Source: Gemmatimonadota bacterium (lineage in GTDB: Bacteria > Latescibacterota > UBA2968 > UBA8231). From it: a stretch of DNA of 64,000 nt. Position 1 is the first letter of the stretch. Each line of letters starts with the position of its first letter. Made by a program: the position numbers and the translations under genes. The stretch lies in the NCBI GenBank assembly GCA_038153405.1, contig JAYOYH010000007.1, positions 32,001 to 96,000 of the forward strand, written 5' to 3'. Shown piece after piece: positions 30,312 through 40,409 of the stretch. The notes beneath the pieces were generated by a model that was not told where the DNA came from, did no database searches, and saw only the letters and a program-made list of their open reading frames with translations.

Positions 30312-31628
30312 CTATTTCTGCCCGTTGAGCTGGGCCAGCCGCTGCTGTATTTGTTCGTGCAGCGGATGGCCCGGTCCCGCGCGCTCGAGGCTTTTTTGCC
30401 ACGCTTGCCGAGCGCGCACAGGGCGGCCCGCATTGAATTCACTCAGTCCGTAGGCGTACCATCCGCGCGGGTCGTCAGGCGCTAGGTGCTGCACGCGTTC
30501 GTAATAAGCGCGCGCCTCCTGGCCGCGCTTAAGCAGCTCGAGTGCCACGCCGGCGTTGAGCAGCGTGGGGATGTGCTGTGGCTGTGTGCGCAGGGCCGCT
30601 TTAAACAGGCGGAGAGCGGATAGGGGGCGTTTGTAGCGCAGCATAAGGGCGCCCATTCTTCTGTGTTGTTCGACCTCTGCACCGGGCAGTTCGCTGGCCA
30701 GATCAAACAGGTTTTCCGCTTCGTCTAAGAAACCGTGCTGGGCGAAAAAAGCGCCCAAGCGCTCGTGGTACAGGGGGGATTCCGGGGCGTTGAGTATGGA
30801 TGCACGCAGCTTTTTCATTTGCTTTGGCACGTCTGGATCGCCGGCGCCGATACGCTGTAACCGCTGGAACTTTTGCATGCTCAGTCGAGCTAGGTCGGCC
30901 CGGCCAGCGCGGCGCGCTAGCTGGGCTAAGCGGTAAAAGCCTTCGGCAAAGCCGCTGTCCAATTGAGTGGATTCAGCGAAGGCGACTAGCGCGTCGTCGT
31001 CGTTGCCTGCTCCTTCGTAGGCGCGTCCCAGATAGTAGTGCAGCGTGGAGGCATTGGGGAAGAGGCGGATGGCCTCATTGAATTGCGCAGCGGCCTCGGC
31101 AAAGCGCTCGGTTCCCAGGTATACTTCTCCCAGGCGCCGGTGGACTTCCGGTTGGTTTGGGGCATGGGTCAGCGCTTGCAATAAGTAGTGCTCGGCCGAT
31201 TCGTACTGGCCGAGTTTGGTGTAAATCCCGCCCAGATTGAGATAGGTTAGGGCAAAATCAGGTCGCAGCCCGCGTATGCGTTCCAATGCGGCAATGGCAA
31301 GCGCATAGCGCCCTTCAGAGGCGTGCGCTGTAGCCATGATATTGAGAAGGTCAACGGAGGTCGAATCGATCGCCAACCCCGCTTGGCAAGCGCTTACCGC
31401 TTCGAGATACTGCCCGTTGACCATGTGCTCCTGCGCGCGCTGCAGGTGGTTTATAGAGGATTGACTTGGGGGCAGGGGGACCGGGGCGGTTTGCTCCGTC
31501 TGCTGGGGGGCGTCGTCGCAGGAGCAGTAGGCGATGGCCAGCAGTAGGAAGATGGTCCACTGCAGAGGCGTACGGGTCCGTTGGGGTGGTCGGCGCAATA
31601 GGGCGTGCAGTGCGTTGGCGTTGGGCAA
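30312..31628 (-). CDS. TPR protein, probable lipoprotein
   Basis: Hydrophobic segment ending YCSCDD; many TPRs; start uncertain. Confidence 0.8.
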   Translation of the reverse strand: MPNANALHALLRRPPQRTRTPLQWTIFLLLAIAYCSCDDAPQQTEQTAPVPLPPSQSSINHLQRAQEHMVNGQYLEAVSACQAGLAIDSTSVDLLNIMATAHASEGRYALAIAALERIRGLRPDFALTYLNLGGIYTKLGQYESAEHYLLQALTHAPNQPEVHRRLGEVYLGTERFAEAAAQFNEAIRLFPNASTLHYYLGRAYEGAGNDDDALVAFAESTQLDSGFAEGFYRLAQLARRAGRADLARLSMQKFQRLQRIGAGDPDVPKQMKKLRASILNAPESPLYHERLGAFFAQHGFLDEAENLFDLASELPGAEVEQHRRMGALMLRYKRPLSALRLFKAALRTQPQHIPTLLNAGVALELLKRGQEARAYYERVQHLAPDDPRGWYAYGLSEFNAGRPVRARQAWQKSLERAGPGHPLHEQIQQRLAQLNGQK

Positions 31629-31759
31629 AAGAAGAAAACCGTGGTTCTTTTATCGTAGACGGAATGCGTACGGAGTCGGATCAGCCAAGCAATATAAGCT
31701 ATTTTGGAGTGTATATTGAACTGCAAGGGTAGAAAAGTGCGTGGAGAATCAACTTTCTC

Positions 31760-33028
31760 ATGAGCGCAAAACAAAGAAAACTTGAACAGCACCAGCGCGA
31801 TCAGCGCCAGCGTCGGCGGTGGATGGCCATCGGCTTACTCGCGGCGATTGGCCTGGGAGCCGGCTACTGGCAGTGGCAGCGCACCGTCGATGAGCGCGAG
31901 GCTGCCGAGGCGTTGCGCCGCGGAGATCAGCTTATGGCGCAGGGAAGTGTGCTACAAGCCATTGCCGTCTACCGACGGGCTGTGGAAAGGGCACCCGAAC
32001 GAGCAGATGGCTGGGTGAAAATTGCGTCGGCGCATGCGGCCGCCGAGCGCTTTGCAGAGGCAGCGCCGCTGTACGAGCGGGCGCTGGATCGGGATCCGGC
32101 CCATTTTGAAGCGCGCATTGGTCTGGCCATAAGCCGAGAGCGGCTCGGTGAGTTCTTGGTAGCGGAAGCGCATTACAAAGCAGCCATTGGGCTTCGGCCG
32201 ACCTTTGCCGAGATCTACTACAACCTCGGTTATCTGTATCAGCAGCAGCGCTTGTATCAAAACGCAGCGCTCCAATATGAGAAAGCCCTCGAGCTAAAGC
32301 CAAAGTTTATTGGCGCATTGGCCAATTTGGGATGGGTCTGGGACCGACTACACGATCCAGGTAAGGCCGTGGATATATATAAGAGGGCGTTGGCCCTAAA
32401 GCCAGATGAGGTGCCCATATACGTGCGGCTAGGGGCCAGCTATATGAGTATGAGCCAGTATGAGGAAGCAAGGACGGCCTATGAGAAGGCGCTGAGCTTG
32501 GGCGACGAGCGCCCTTCCGTTCTGCATGATTTGGGCGTTATCAATGAACAGGGGGGGCAACTTGAAGAAGCGCGCGTCTATTTTCGCCGGGCTTTGCAGC
32601 AGCAGCCGAGGGCCAGTGAAACGCATTTTCACCTGGCCGGCGTGTTGGATCAGCTAGGGGATCGGGTGGGAGCCGAGGTGCATTTTCGCCGGTCTATTGA
32701 GTTAGATCCGGATAATGCGGGCGCACATTATGGTCTAGCGCAGCTCTATTTTGCGGTTGGGCGCGGCCAAGAAGGACAGGCATTGTTGAAGATCTTTGCC
32801 CTGCTGAAGGAGTATCAAGGGCGACTGGTCCCGTTGAAGCGCGCCGTGGAACAGGCACCGCGCGATGCACAGGCCGCATACGACTTGGCCCAGTTACATA
32901 TAGAATACGGCCGAGTGCAAAAAGGCGCCGCTATCCTGCAGCGCATTCTCGAGTTGAATCCCGATTTTACAGAAGCGCAAAAACGCCTTGGAGAAATCGC
33001 GGAGCCATCGAAGGCCGATAGGCTCTAA
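31760..33028 (+). CDS. Membrane-anchored TPR protein
   Basis: Basic N-tail, TM, about 10 TPRs; stop overlaps the stop of the convergent gene. Confidence 0.85.
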   Translation: MSAKQRKLEQHQRDQRQRRRWMAIGLLAAIGLGAGYWQWQRTVDEREAAEALRRGDQLMAQGSVLQAIAVYRRAVERAPERADGWVKIASAHAAAERFAEAAPLYERALDRDPAHFEARIGLAISRERLGEFLVAEAHYKAAIGLRPTFAEIYYNLGYLYQQQRLYQNAALQYEKALELKPKFIGALANLGWVWDRLHDPGKAVDIYKRALALKPDEVPIYVRLGASYMSMSQYEEARTAYEKALSLGDERPSVLHDLGVINEQGGQLEEARVYFRRALQQQPRASETHFHLAGVLDQLGDRVGAEVHFRRSIELDPDNAGAHYGLAQLYFAVGRGQEGQALLKIFALLKEYQGRLVPLKRAVEQAPRDAQAAYDLAQLHIEYGRVQKGAAILQRILELNPDFTEAQKRLGEIAEPSKADRL

Positions 33029-34752
33029 GGCTGGATCGTATAGGGGTTGGAACGCAGGTTAATCGCGCTGTGCGAGCCACCCTGATGCACGACGAGGAGT
33101 TGATTAGCCGCTAGGTCGAGCAGGCGCTGGTTCGTTCCGTTAGGCCAGGTAATATCGACAGCGTCAATGCGTTCGGCCGCGCCGAGGCCAAATTGGGCGC
33201 GCAGGTCGCTGTGCGATAGATAGCTTCCAGCGCCGTTAATGCGCCGGCGCTGGCGTACGTCCCCGCTGGTAACCTCGATCAGCGCGCCGACTCCGTCGCG
33301 GCTGTCCGCACGGCCGATAAGCTGCACGTACAGCCAATTTTGCCGGTTGCCACCCTCGTTGCGCATCAGCACGGCGCGATCGTTTAAGTTGACGACTAAA
33401 ATGTCGAAGTCGCCGTCATTGTCATAGTCGCCAAAGGCCGCCCCTCTGCTGACCTGTTCAAGTGCGAGCGCGCGTGCGGCTTCTACTTGCTTAAAGCGCC
33501 CGTTTCCGACGTTGGAAAAAAGTTGGTTGGGTTGCCTGTAGCGCGATCCCGTATCGATGCGGTCGACCTGAGGGTATACGTGGCCGTTGGCCACGAACAC
33601 GTCCAATAGCCCATCGTTGTCAAAATCGAAAAAGCGCGTCCCCCAGCCCATTAAATCAATGGTGGGTCCGGCTAGGCCTGCCGTCGTCGTCACATCGGTA
33701 AAGCGCAGGCCGCCTTCGTTGCGGTATAGCGTATTGGTTTCGCTAAAGAAATGGGTGACGTAGACGTCGGGATCGCCGTCGTTGTCGTAATCGGCAAAGT
33801 CGACGCCCATGCCCGCCTCGGTGTCCCCATCGGCATTGTAAGCGACGCCAGCCATTAACGCGACGTCTTCAAACGTGCCGTCTCCGCGATTGTGGAAGAG
33901 GACGTTGGGCGTTTCGTCGTTGGCGACAAAGAGATCCAATAGCCCATCGCCATTGTAGTCTTCGGGCACGACTCCGAGGCCGTAATAGCGGTTGGCGCGT
34001 CCGATGCCGGAGGCCTCCGTGACGTCGGTAAAGACGCCGTTGCCCTCGTTGCGGTAGAGTACGTCTGGCGCGCCGACCAATCCTTTGGGGCCGCAGTAGA
34101 CCTGCAGGCCGCCGTAAAAGGTGCAGAGCTGGGGGTCAGCAGGGCGATTTTCGGCGTCAAAAACGACGTAGTTAGTGACGTAGAGGTCGAGGTCGCCGTC
34201 GTTATCGTAGTCGAAGAACGCCGAACTGGCACTGAAGTCATCGCCCGCAGTGCCGGCTGCCTGCGTGCCATCGACAAAGGTACCCCTGCCTTCGTTGAGG
34301 TAGAGCATATTGGCGCCAAAGTTGGTGACGTAGAGGTCGCGATCGCCATCGTTGTCGACGTCGCCGACGGCAATGCCCGTACCCCAACCGGCGTGGTCTG
34401 CACCGGAAGCGGCGCTGTGGTCGGCGTAGTGCCCCTCGCCGTCGTTGAGGTAAAACTGATTGCCCGGCCCCGACTGATCTAAATAGGTTGAAAAGGTCGC
34501 TCCGTTGGGGAGATACAGATCTAAGTCCCCGTCGTTATCTGCATCGAAAAAGGCCGCACCGTTGCCGTGCGCTTCCAGCACGTAGCGCTTGTCGAGGTCG
34601 CCGCAGACATTGTCATAAGCAATGCCAGCGGCCTGTGTTTGGTCGCTAAAGTGCACCTGTGCCGACAGCGCTAGAGGGGCGAGGGCAAAGCCATGCCCGA
34701 GAATAATCGACTTGATCAATTTCGACTTCGTACGAATGCGTGATGGCCTCAT
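33025..34752 (-). CDS. CRTAC1-family protein (FG-GAP + ASPIC/UnbV)
   Basis: Repeated DYDNDGD; NWLYVQLIG..RDGVGA..FGLG..ITWPNG; paralog of the 28635 gene. Confidence 0.9.
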   Translation of the reverse strand: MRPSRIRTKSKLIKSIILGHGFALAPLALSAQVHFSDQTQAAGIAYDNVCGDLDKRYVLEAHGNGAAFFDADNDGDLDLYLPNGATFSTYLDQSGPGNQFYLNDGEGHYADHSAASGADHAGWGTGIAVGDVDNDGDRDLYVTNFGANMLYLNEGRGTFVDGTQAAGTAGDDFSASSAFFDYDNDGDLDLYVTNYVVFDAENRPADPQLCTFYGGLQVYCGPKGLVGAPDVLYRNEGNGVFTDVTEASGIGRANRYYGLGVVPEDYNGDGLLDLFVANDETPNVLFHNRGDGTFEDVALMAGVAYNADGDTEAGMGVDFADYDNDGDPDVYVTHFFSETNTLYRNEGGLRFTDVTTTAGLAGPTIDLMGWGTRFFDFDNDGLLDVFVANGHVYPQVDRIDTGSRYRQPNQLFSNVGNGRFKQVEAARALALEQVSRGAAFGDYDNDGDFDILVVNLNDRAVLMRNEGGNRQNWLYVQLIGRADSRDGVGALIEVTSGDVRQRRRINGAGSYLSHSDLRAQFGLGAAERIDAVDITWPNGTNQRLLDLAANQLLVVHQGGSHSAINLRSNPYTIQP

Positions 34753-34756
34753 GAAC

Positions 34757-37060
34757 CTATTCTGTTTCGGTGAAGTGCAGCACTTGGTTGGTCTGTAAGG
34801 GACCGTGCCGCTCGCTCTGTCCAGAGGGCCAGTAGATATGCAGGCTATCTACGATCTCTTGCTGACCGAGACCGAATTCGAGCGCAAAGCTGCTGGTCGA
34901 GCCAAAGCCACCGCCGCTCTGGATTTCGGCGCGGAGCGCGCGTCTGCCGCTATAGACAACGGCCTGGGCGCCGATGGCGGAAGTGTTGGGGGGGCGTCCC
35001 TCTATATCGACGCTGAGCCACCGGTTGGAAGTTCCTTCGTTGCGGTAGAGGCTGTTGGGCCACAGGTCGCCGGGATAGTGGCCGCCGAGCCCCACGTAGA
35101 AGTCTACATCGCCGTCGCCGTCGTAGTCGGCAAAGGCGACGCCGTGGCCCTTACCTTGATTGTCGACGCCGGCATCGCTGGCCACGTCCACATAGCTACC
35201 GTCGCGGGCGATAAAAAGCGCATTCGGCTCAAAGCGCGCCATAATAGGGCCGCCATTGGCCAGGTATATATCGATTTGCCCATCGCCGTCTAGGTCGCTG
35301 TAGCCGGCCCCCATCGAGCCAAATGCGCGCGCTAGGCCGGCGTCGGGTGCCCGTTCGTGAAAGCGATCGTTGCCGTCGTTGCGGTAGAGGTGTGCGCGAC
35401 TGCGGTAGATGCCTGCGTCGCTCGTGGCCGAGGCCACAAAGTCCTCGTAATAGGCCATCGCCGAAACGAAAATATCTAGGTCGCCGTCGCTGTCGCTATC
35501 AAAAAAGAGGGGGACATAGCTGCCGTTGACCGGCGCGCTGACGCCGGCCTTTTCTGCCATATCGGCAAAGCGACCGCCGTCGTTGCGGAAGAGGCGATTG
35601 GCACCGGCGACATTGGCCACGTAAAGATCGAGATCGCCGTCGCCGTCGTAGTCGCCAAAGGCCACGCCCAAGGATTTGCCCACATCGTCTATGCCAAAAG
35701 GCGCTGCGCGCTCGCGGAACCTCCCGCTTCCGCTGTTGATATACAATTTGTTGGGTGCCCCGCTGCCGGTTACGCCGTCGGCCACGTAGAGGTCTAGCCA
35801 GCCGTCGCCGTCGACGTCGCCCCAGGCGGCGGTAAAGCTATCGTCTCCGTCTTCGGTGCCCGCTGTCGCCGCGATATCGGCAAAGCGCGCGTAGCCGTCG
35901 TTTTGGTAGAGGGAGTTGACCTCGGCACCTTCCCACGCGTCGCGCGTCACGTAGAGGTCGCTATCGCCGTCGCCGTCAAAATCGGCAGCAATGGCGGCCC
36001 AGCCCCCGATGTGTTTATCCAGTTCAGATCGCTCCGATGCGGGTGCAAAGCGTCCGTTGTCCTGTATAAACAGCCCGTGAGGTGTGGATATCCCGACGGT
36101 GAAAAGGTCGAGATGGTCGTCGCCGTCCAAGTCGGCCCACGCTACGCCGCGGCCGCGGTCGGTTTTGTCGACCCGGTTTTCTGGCGCCACGTCGGTAAAA
36201 TGCACCGGAGACGGCTGCTGCCCGTGTGCAGGTGAAATGACGTAGGCGGATGGCAGATTGCCCGGATAGGTAGCGTGTGCTGCTAGGTAGGCCAGGCGCA
36301 GGTTCCAGAGGCGCACCGGCCGCTGCGGAGAAGCGGAGGGCAGAACGTCGATTGCGCGCTTATAGGCTTCGATGGCGCCGATAAAATCGCGCTGCCAGTG
36401 TCGTGCCGTGGCCAGTAAAAAGGGCAGATGCAAATCGTCGGGGGCCTTTTGCAGGAGATCTTCAAAATCGCGCTCGGCGCGTTCAAACTGTCCCAATCGC
36501 AGGCGCGAAGCAGCGGCCCCGGCCTTGGCCTTGACCATTTCGGGATCCACTTTCAGAATGGCCTCATACTGCTCTAAGGCTCCCTCTGGACTGGGGGGTG
36601 CATCCGTCATTAACACATCGGCATAGGCCATGCAGGCCGGCGTAAAGGTTGGAAAGCGCTCGACGATGAGCTTGAGCAGTTTGCGCGCCTCGCCGTCGCG
36701 TCGCATCATGCGGTATACCTGTGCCAGTTGAAAGGGCGCGTCAACGCGCAGAGTATCCAGCCGTATGGCGCGCTGAAGAATGGGGATGGCTTGTTCTAAC
36801 TGGCGCTTGCGCATACTGATTTCGGCTAGGCCGAGCAGGGCCGTATACTCCGTCGAGTCGCGCAGGACGATTTGGCCAAAGAGCACACGCGCTGAATCGA
36901 GCTGGGAACGGGCTACGAGCTGCATGGCCCGTTCATAGAGCGCGGGGATGTGCTCTTTAGATGGAGGTTCCGGTTCGGGTACAGGATCACAGCTAACCAC
37001 TGCGATCGCTGCTACAACAACGAATAGGGCCGAACGGGCAATGCGCATACGGGCAGTCAT
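34757..37060 (-). CDS. Lipoprotein with TPRs fused to FG-GAP + ASPIC/UnbV domains
   Basis: ATG 37060 overlaps the HEAT gene stop (ATGA); VVSC lipobox-like; TPRs, then DxDGDG repeats and FGLG..IYWPSG. Confidence 0.85.
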   Translation of the reverse strand: MTARMRIARSALFVVVAAIAVVSCDPVPEPEPPSKEHIPALYERAMQLVARSQLDSARVLFGQIVLRDSTEYTALLGLAEISMRKRQLEQAIPILQRAIRLDTLRVDAPFQLAQVYRMMRRDGEARKLLKLIVERFPTFTPACMAYADVLMTDAPPSPEGALEQYEAILKVDPEMVKAKAGAAASRLRLGQFERAERDFEDLLQKAPDDLHLPFLLATARHWQRDFIGAIEAYKRAIDVLPSASPQRPVRLWNLRLAYLAAHATYPGNLPSAYVISPAHGQQPSPVHFTDVAPENRVDKTDRGRGVAWADLDGDDHLDLFTVGISTPHGLFIQDNGRFAPASERSELDKHIGGWAAIAADFDGDGDSDLYVTRDAWEGAEVNSLYQNDGYARFADIAATAGTEDGDDSFTAAWGDVDGDGWLDLYVADGVTGSGAPNKLYINSGSGRFRERAAPFGIDDVGKSLGVAFGDYDGDGDLDLYVANVAGANRLFRNDGGRFADMAEKAGVSAPVNGSYVPLFFDSDSDGDLDIFVSAMAYYEDFVASATSDAGIYRSRAHLYRNDGNDRFHERAPDAGLARAFGSMGAGYSDLDGDGQIDIYLANGGPIMARFEPNALFIARDGSYVDVASDAGVDNQGKGHGVAFADYDGDGDVDFYVGLGGHYPGDLWPNSLYRNEGTSNRWLSVDIEGRPPNTSAIGAQAVVYSGRRALRAEIQSGGGFGSTSSFALEFGLGQQEIVDSLHIYWPSGQSERHGPLQTNQVLHFTETE

Positions 37061-37875
37061 TCGATAACGTAGTCGATGCCCGTCAGTTCCTGCAGCGCTT
37101 TGCGAGCGGCTTCGGCATCGGGGCCTTGGCGCTGTTTCAATAAGTCCAGCAGCGCCTCTGCTGAGGCCGTATCCCCCCGAGCAGAAATTCCACGCACCGC
37201 TTCCAAACGGACCCACTCGCTGGGGTCTTGCAGCGCCGCGCGAAGCAGGGGCAGTGCGTCATCGATGGGGCGAATGGCCGCTATTTGGGTGGCGATATAG
37301 CGGACCTTTTCGTCGGGGTCGCGCATGGAGCGCAATACGGCCGGCGCGGCACTCGGCGACCAGATTTTATTGATGGCGGCCAGGGCGCTCTGGCGCACGA
37401 TGGCGATACTATCGCCAAGCGCTAGCTGGAGCACGTGCGTAGCCGATGTGTCGCGGAAGCCGGGTAGGCCCTCCGCTGCGGCGGCGCGCAGATCGGCGTG
37501 GGGCGAAGAGAGTAGGAACTGTCGCACGGTATCGAGGAGAGCCGGCACGTGGATCTTCGACAGCGCGAGGACGGCTTCTTTGGCAATGTGCGTATTGGGG
37601 TCGTGGGCGAGTGCGCGCAGCGCGTTTTCGGCGCGGGGGGAGCCTATCCGGCCGAGGACCTGAGCGCCTATATAGCGCAGGGTATCCGAGCCGCTGTCCA
37701 TGGCTGCGATGAGCGGTTCAACGGCCGTGCTGCCTTGGTCGACGAGGCGATAGGCCGCTTTGCGTCGCACCGCCGACGAGGCATCGGCTAAATCGCTTAC
37801 GAGCTGGTCGGTGCTGTGTTGCTCACAGCCCAGACAGCAGAGCAGAGCGATGACTAAGTATCGAGGGAACGGCAT
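37057..37875 (-). CDS. HEAT-repeat lipoprotein
   Basis: CLGC lipobox; repeated L..D....VR..A...L. Confidence 0.82.
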   Translation of the reverse strand: MPFPRYLVIALLCCLGCEQHSTDQLVSDLADASSAVRRKAAYRLVDQGSTAVEPLIAAMDSGSDTLRYIGAQVLGRIGSPRAENALRALAHDPNTHIAKEAVLALSKIHVPALLDTVRQFLLSSPHADLRAAAAEGLPGFRDTSATHVLQLALGDSIAIVRQSALAAINKIWSPSAAPAVLRSMRDPDEKVRYIATQIAAIRPIDDALPLLRAALQDPSEWVRLEAVRGISARGDTASAEALLDLLKQRQGPDAEAARKALQELTGIDYVIE

Positions 37876-37893
37876 GGCGGGAAATGGGGGATT

Positions 37894-37931
37894 GCACTGT
37901 TCCGAGGGGAAGATACCTCTCGGAACAGCGC
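37894..37931 (-). other. Intergenic stem-loop
   Basis: Minus strand GCGCTGTTCCGAG..CTCGGAACAGTGC, 13-bp stem with one G-U, no U-tract. Confidence 0.65.
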
Positions 37932-37971
37932 GTTGTATTTAAGCAGTGAGAAAATGGATCGCAGTGCGGTC

Positions 37972-39153
37972 TCAGTTGACCATCTGCATAAGGCGCTGCG
38001 TCATGGAGCCTTCCTGAGTCAGCGCGTAGACGATGACGTTGATCGCCATTTGCATCTGGCGCAGCTTATCCTGCCCTTCAACGGATTCCGTATACCCCAG
38101 GCCGAGGCTGAAATCGATTCCTACGAGGCGCCCCTTTATAAAGTGTCCCGTGGTATATTGCCAAGCATTTTGGTTCTTGTTGGAACTGGTTCCGCGCGTC
38201 GAAGTAGGCGCTCCCCCTTTGAAATCGAAATAGGAGCTGAAGACCGGGTGGTCGTCTGGGAGGCGCTCAGACCAGAAATCGCGGCCCTCTACCAAACCGC
38301 CGTACTTTTCGAGGCCCTCTTTAACAAAACCGATGCCGCCAAAAATAAATCCGCCGGACAGCAGATAGCGGGTCATCTGCTCCAATTCGCTCTCGTTGGG
38401 TGCACCTGCGGGCAGGATAATGGGTATTTCCAATAGGCGATCGTCGTCGTAGGTGATGCTGCCGATGAAATCGGCGCTGATGCCCGTATACTCGTTCAGG
38501 CCGTTAACTAAAAAGCGCAGATTATTGGTCGATCCGGTCGCCGTGCCCGAAGCCAGTGCGGCAGCAGATATTACGCGGGCAAAGTTGATGAACCCTTTAA
38601 TGGCCTGCGGATCGCCCTGTTCCTGCACGAGCATGGCGCGGTAGCGTCCGGTGTCCATGCTATTGACGTCGAGCATTTCAAGCGCCATATCGATTTTATT
38701 GTCCGGTTGGCGCGTGCCCGTAATGTCTACGGCGGTCATGGAAGGCTCCAGGGCAACCGTCCCCAAATCCACGGAGCGGGCCACCATCATCGATGGGCTT
38801 GCAGTCATGTTGAGTGCGGAAATGGTGCTAAAACTGGCCGTGGCCTTCACCTGGTCCATCCGCGCGCGCGTGGCTACGGTCTGGCGCTGGATCATTTGCC
38901 GTTTGGGTTTGGGGATCTTGCGCAGTTCAAGTGGCTTGGTCAGCCGCGGTTCGCGCTTTATGAACTTGGTCGTCAGCGGCCTTGGAGCCGTCTCAACCGT
39001 CTCTTCCAGGGGATCGATGATCGCCGCGCAAAGGTGGATGAGCACGGCGAGTATCAGCGATAATAGGAGATACTTATGGAGCTCTTTGAGAAGAATCTCA
39101 GGATGGAACGATCGGGCGGGTGAAACAAAGCGCCGCGCAATGCCTGAACTCAT
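37972..39153 (-). CDS. Single-TM protein with TonB-like N-terminus and C-terminal DUF4159-like domain
   Basis: TM SLILAVLIHL, Pro/Lys-rich linker; RYLLSGGFIF, LPDDHPVF, AINVIVYALT typical of DUF4159. Confidence 0.7.
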   Translation of the reverse strand: MSSGIARRFVSPARSFHPEILLKELHKYLLLSLILAVLIHLCAAIIDPLEETVETAPRPLTTKFIKREPRLTKPLELRKIPKPKRQMIQRQTVATRARMDQVKATASFSTISALNMTASPSMMVARSVDLGTVALEPSMTAVDITGTRQPDNKIDMALEMLDVNSMDTGRYRAMLVQEQGDPQAIKGFINFARVISAAALASGTATGSTNNLRFLVNGLNEYTGISADFIGSITYDDDRLLEIPIILPAGAPNESELEQMTRYLLSGGFIFGGIGFVKEGLEKYGGLVEGRDFWSERLPDDHPVFSSYFDFKGGAPTSTRGTSSNKNQNAWQYTTGHFIKGRLVGIDFSLGLGYTESVEGQDKLRQMQMAINVIVYALTQEGSMTQRLMQMVN

Positions 39154-40193
39154 TGTAAAACCCTTTTCTCGTAGTGAACGGGCCGCTGCTTTGAAAAGAC
39201 GAGATCGCCGATGCCCAGTGTCTGACCGCGTTTACGCACAGCGCGCTCCAACTTGTGGAGTCGCACCGTTGCCGAAGTGGGACCGACGGCTACTACTTTT
39301 ACTCGGCCCAGCTTCATCTGCCTGTTTTCTCGCTGGAACACATCGAGCTGCATCCCTTCAATAATGCCATGATTAGCCCCTCTGTCAATGCGATACTGAG
39401 GTCGGTTGTCTTCATCGGTCGCTAGGATGGTGGAGATCGTTCCCCACAGGGGCAGGTGTGCGTCAATTTGGGGCAGGAGATCGCGTATCATGCAATCGAT
39501 GAGATGGCCGCCGATGGCCGCATCGTTTTCGAGTGGGGATAGATACCAGCGGTCAGCGGAATTCAGCATGCGCAGGGAGGGTGGGTTTTTAAAGCGCTGA
39601 CGCATAATCGGTGCTACGTAATCGCGTATGACCTCGGGGTGGGTATAGCCCGGATATTTGTCGGGATTGTAAACAAATCGGTTGTCGTGCTGCAGCATGA
39701 TAGTGCTATCCTGTAAAGCGGACCAGACGATTTTATCGCGCTGGGTTTCTATCAGTCTAACTTCGATCGCCGCGCTCAGTGCGGGAAGAGCGGCTACTTC
39801 TCTGGGCTGAGAGTCGGCGGAACCGGAAAGCGTGGCTGCACTCGGCTCTGTGTAATACAGTGTGCGGTTGCGGTACAGCCTATCGATGCGCCGCAGCACG
39901 AAGTGTAAAACAAAGTCGATGCCTTCCTCCGCTTGAAATACGCTTCGTCCCCGCTGATCTAACTGTGCCGCTCGCGAGACCAGCCTGCAGCGGGGAAGGG
40001 TACCCAAGCCCCGCATTACGCCTTTTTGGGCCCGATAGCTTGCCGACTCGTATAGCGAATCGAGATGATCCCATCGCTTATCGGCGTCGGTCTCGTCGCT
40101 GAATGCGATGGCAACATTTAGGTGGGGTCTGGCCTGTAGGGCAGAGGGAGCAATTAGACCGAGGAGGATGCTCCACGCGCTCCACCGTATCAT
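39150..40193 (-). CDS. Exported protein with CsgG/FlgT-like middle domain and FlgT-C-like C-terminus
   Basis: Signal peptide from ATG 40193 (GAGG RBS); IEVRLIETQRDKIVWS; IDRGANHGIIEGMQLDV..GRVKVVAV....A. Confidence 0.55.
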   Translation of the reverse strand: MIRWSAWSILLGLIAPSALQARPHLNVAIAFSDETDADKRWDHLDSLYESASYRAQKGVMRGLGTLPRCRLVSRAAQLDQRGRSVFQAEEGIDFVLHFVLRRIDRLYRNRTLYYTEPSAATLSGSADSQPREVAALPALSAAIEVRLIETQRDKIVWSALQDSTIMLQHDNRFVYNPDKYPGYTHPEVIRDYVAPIMRQRFKNPPSLRMLNSADRWYLSPLENDAAIGGHLIDCMIRDLLPQIDAHLPLWGTISTILATDEDNRPQYRIDRGANHGIIEGMQLDVFQRENRQMKLGRVKVVAVGPTSATVRLHKLERAVRKRGQTLGIGDLVFSKQRPVHYEKRVLQ

Positions 40194-40380
40194 GAGCCTC
40201 TTTTCGTAGTCTATATTGAGCGCCAAATTGTGCGTAAAAATACATCTGCCTTAAGGCAATAACAATAATTATTTTTTTAGTTGTATGGGATTTTAAGATA
40301 TAGACAACTATAGCCAAACACAGGCAATGCAATGCGTTTATGAATTTGTTAAGAATTTTGAAAAAGGGGGCGATATGATC

Positions 40381-40409
40381 TTGACTTTGGTTGCACTGCC
40401 AATTATCTT
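40381..40409 (+). promoter_or_regulatory. Sigma70-type promoter of the rightward envelope operon
   Basis: TTGACT-N17-TATCTT in the AT-rich divergent intergenic region; GCCAAT direct repeats flank the -10. Confidence 0.6.

Noticed and set aside
28635..36200. Recurring GACTACGACAACGACGGCGAC-like repeats as a possible CRISPR or repeat array
   Set aside because: They are degenerate codons for FG-GAP DYDNDGD motifs with irregular long spacing; no cas genes
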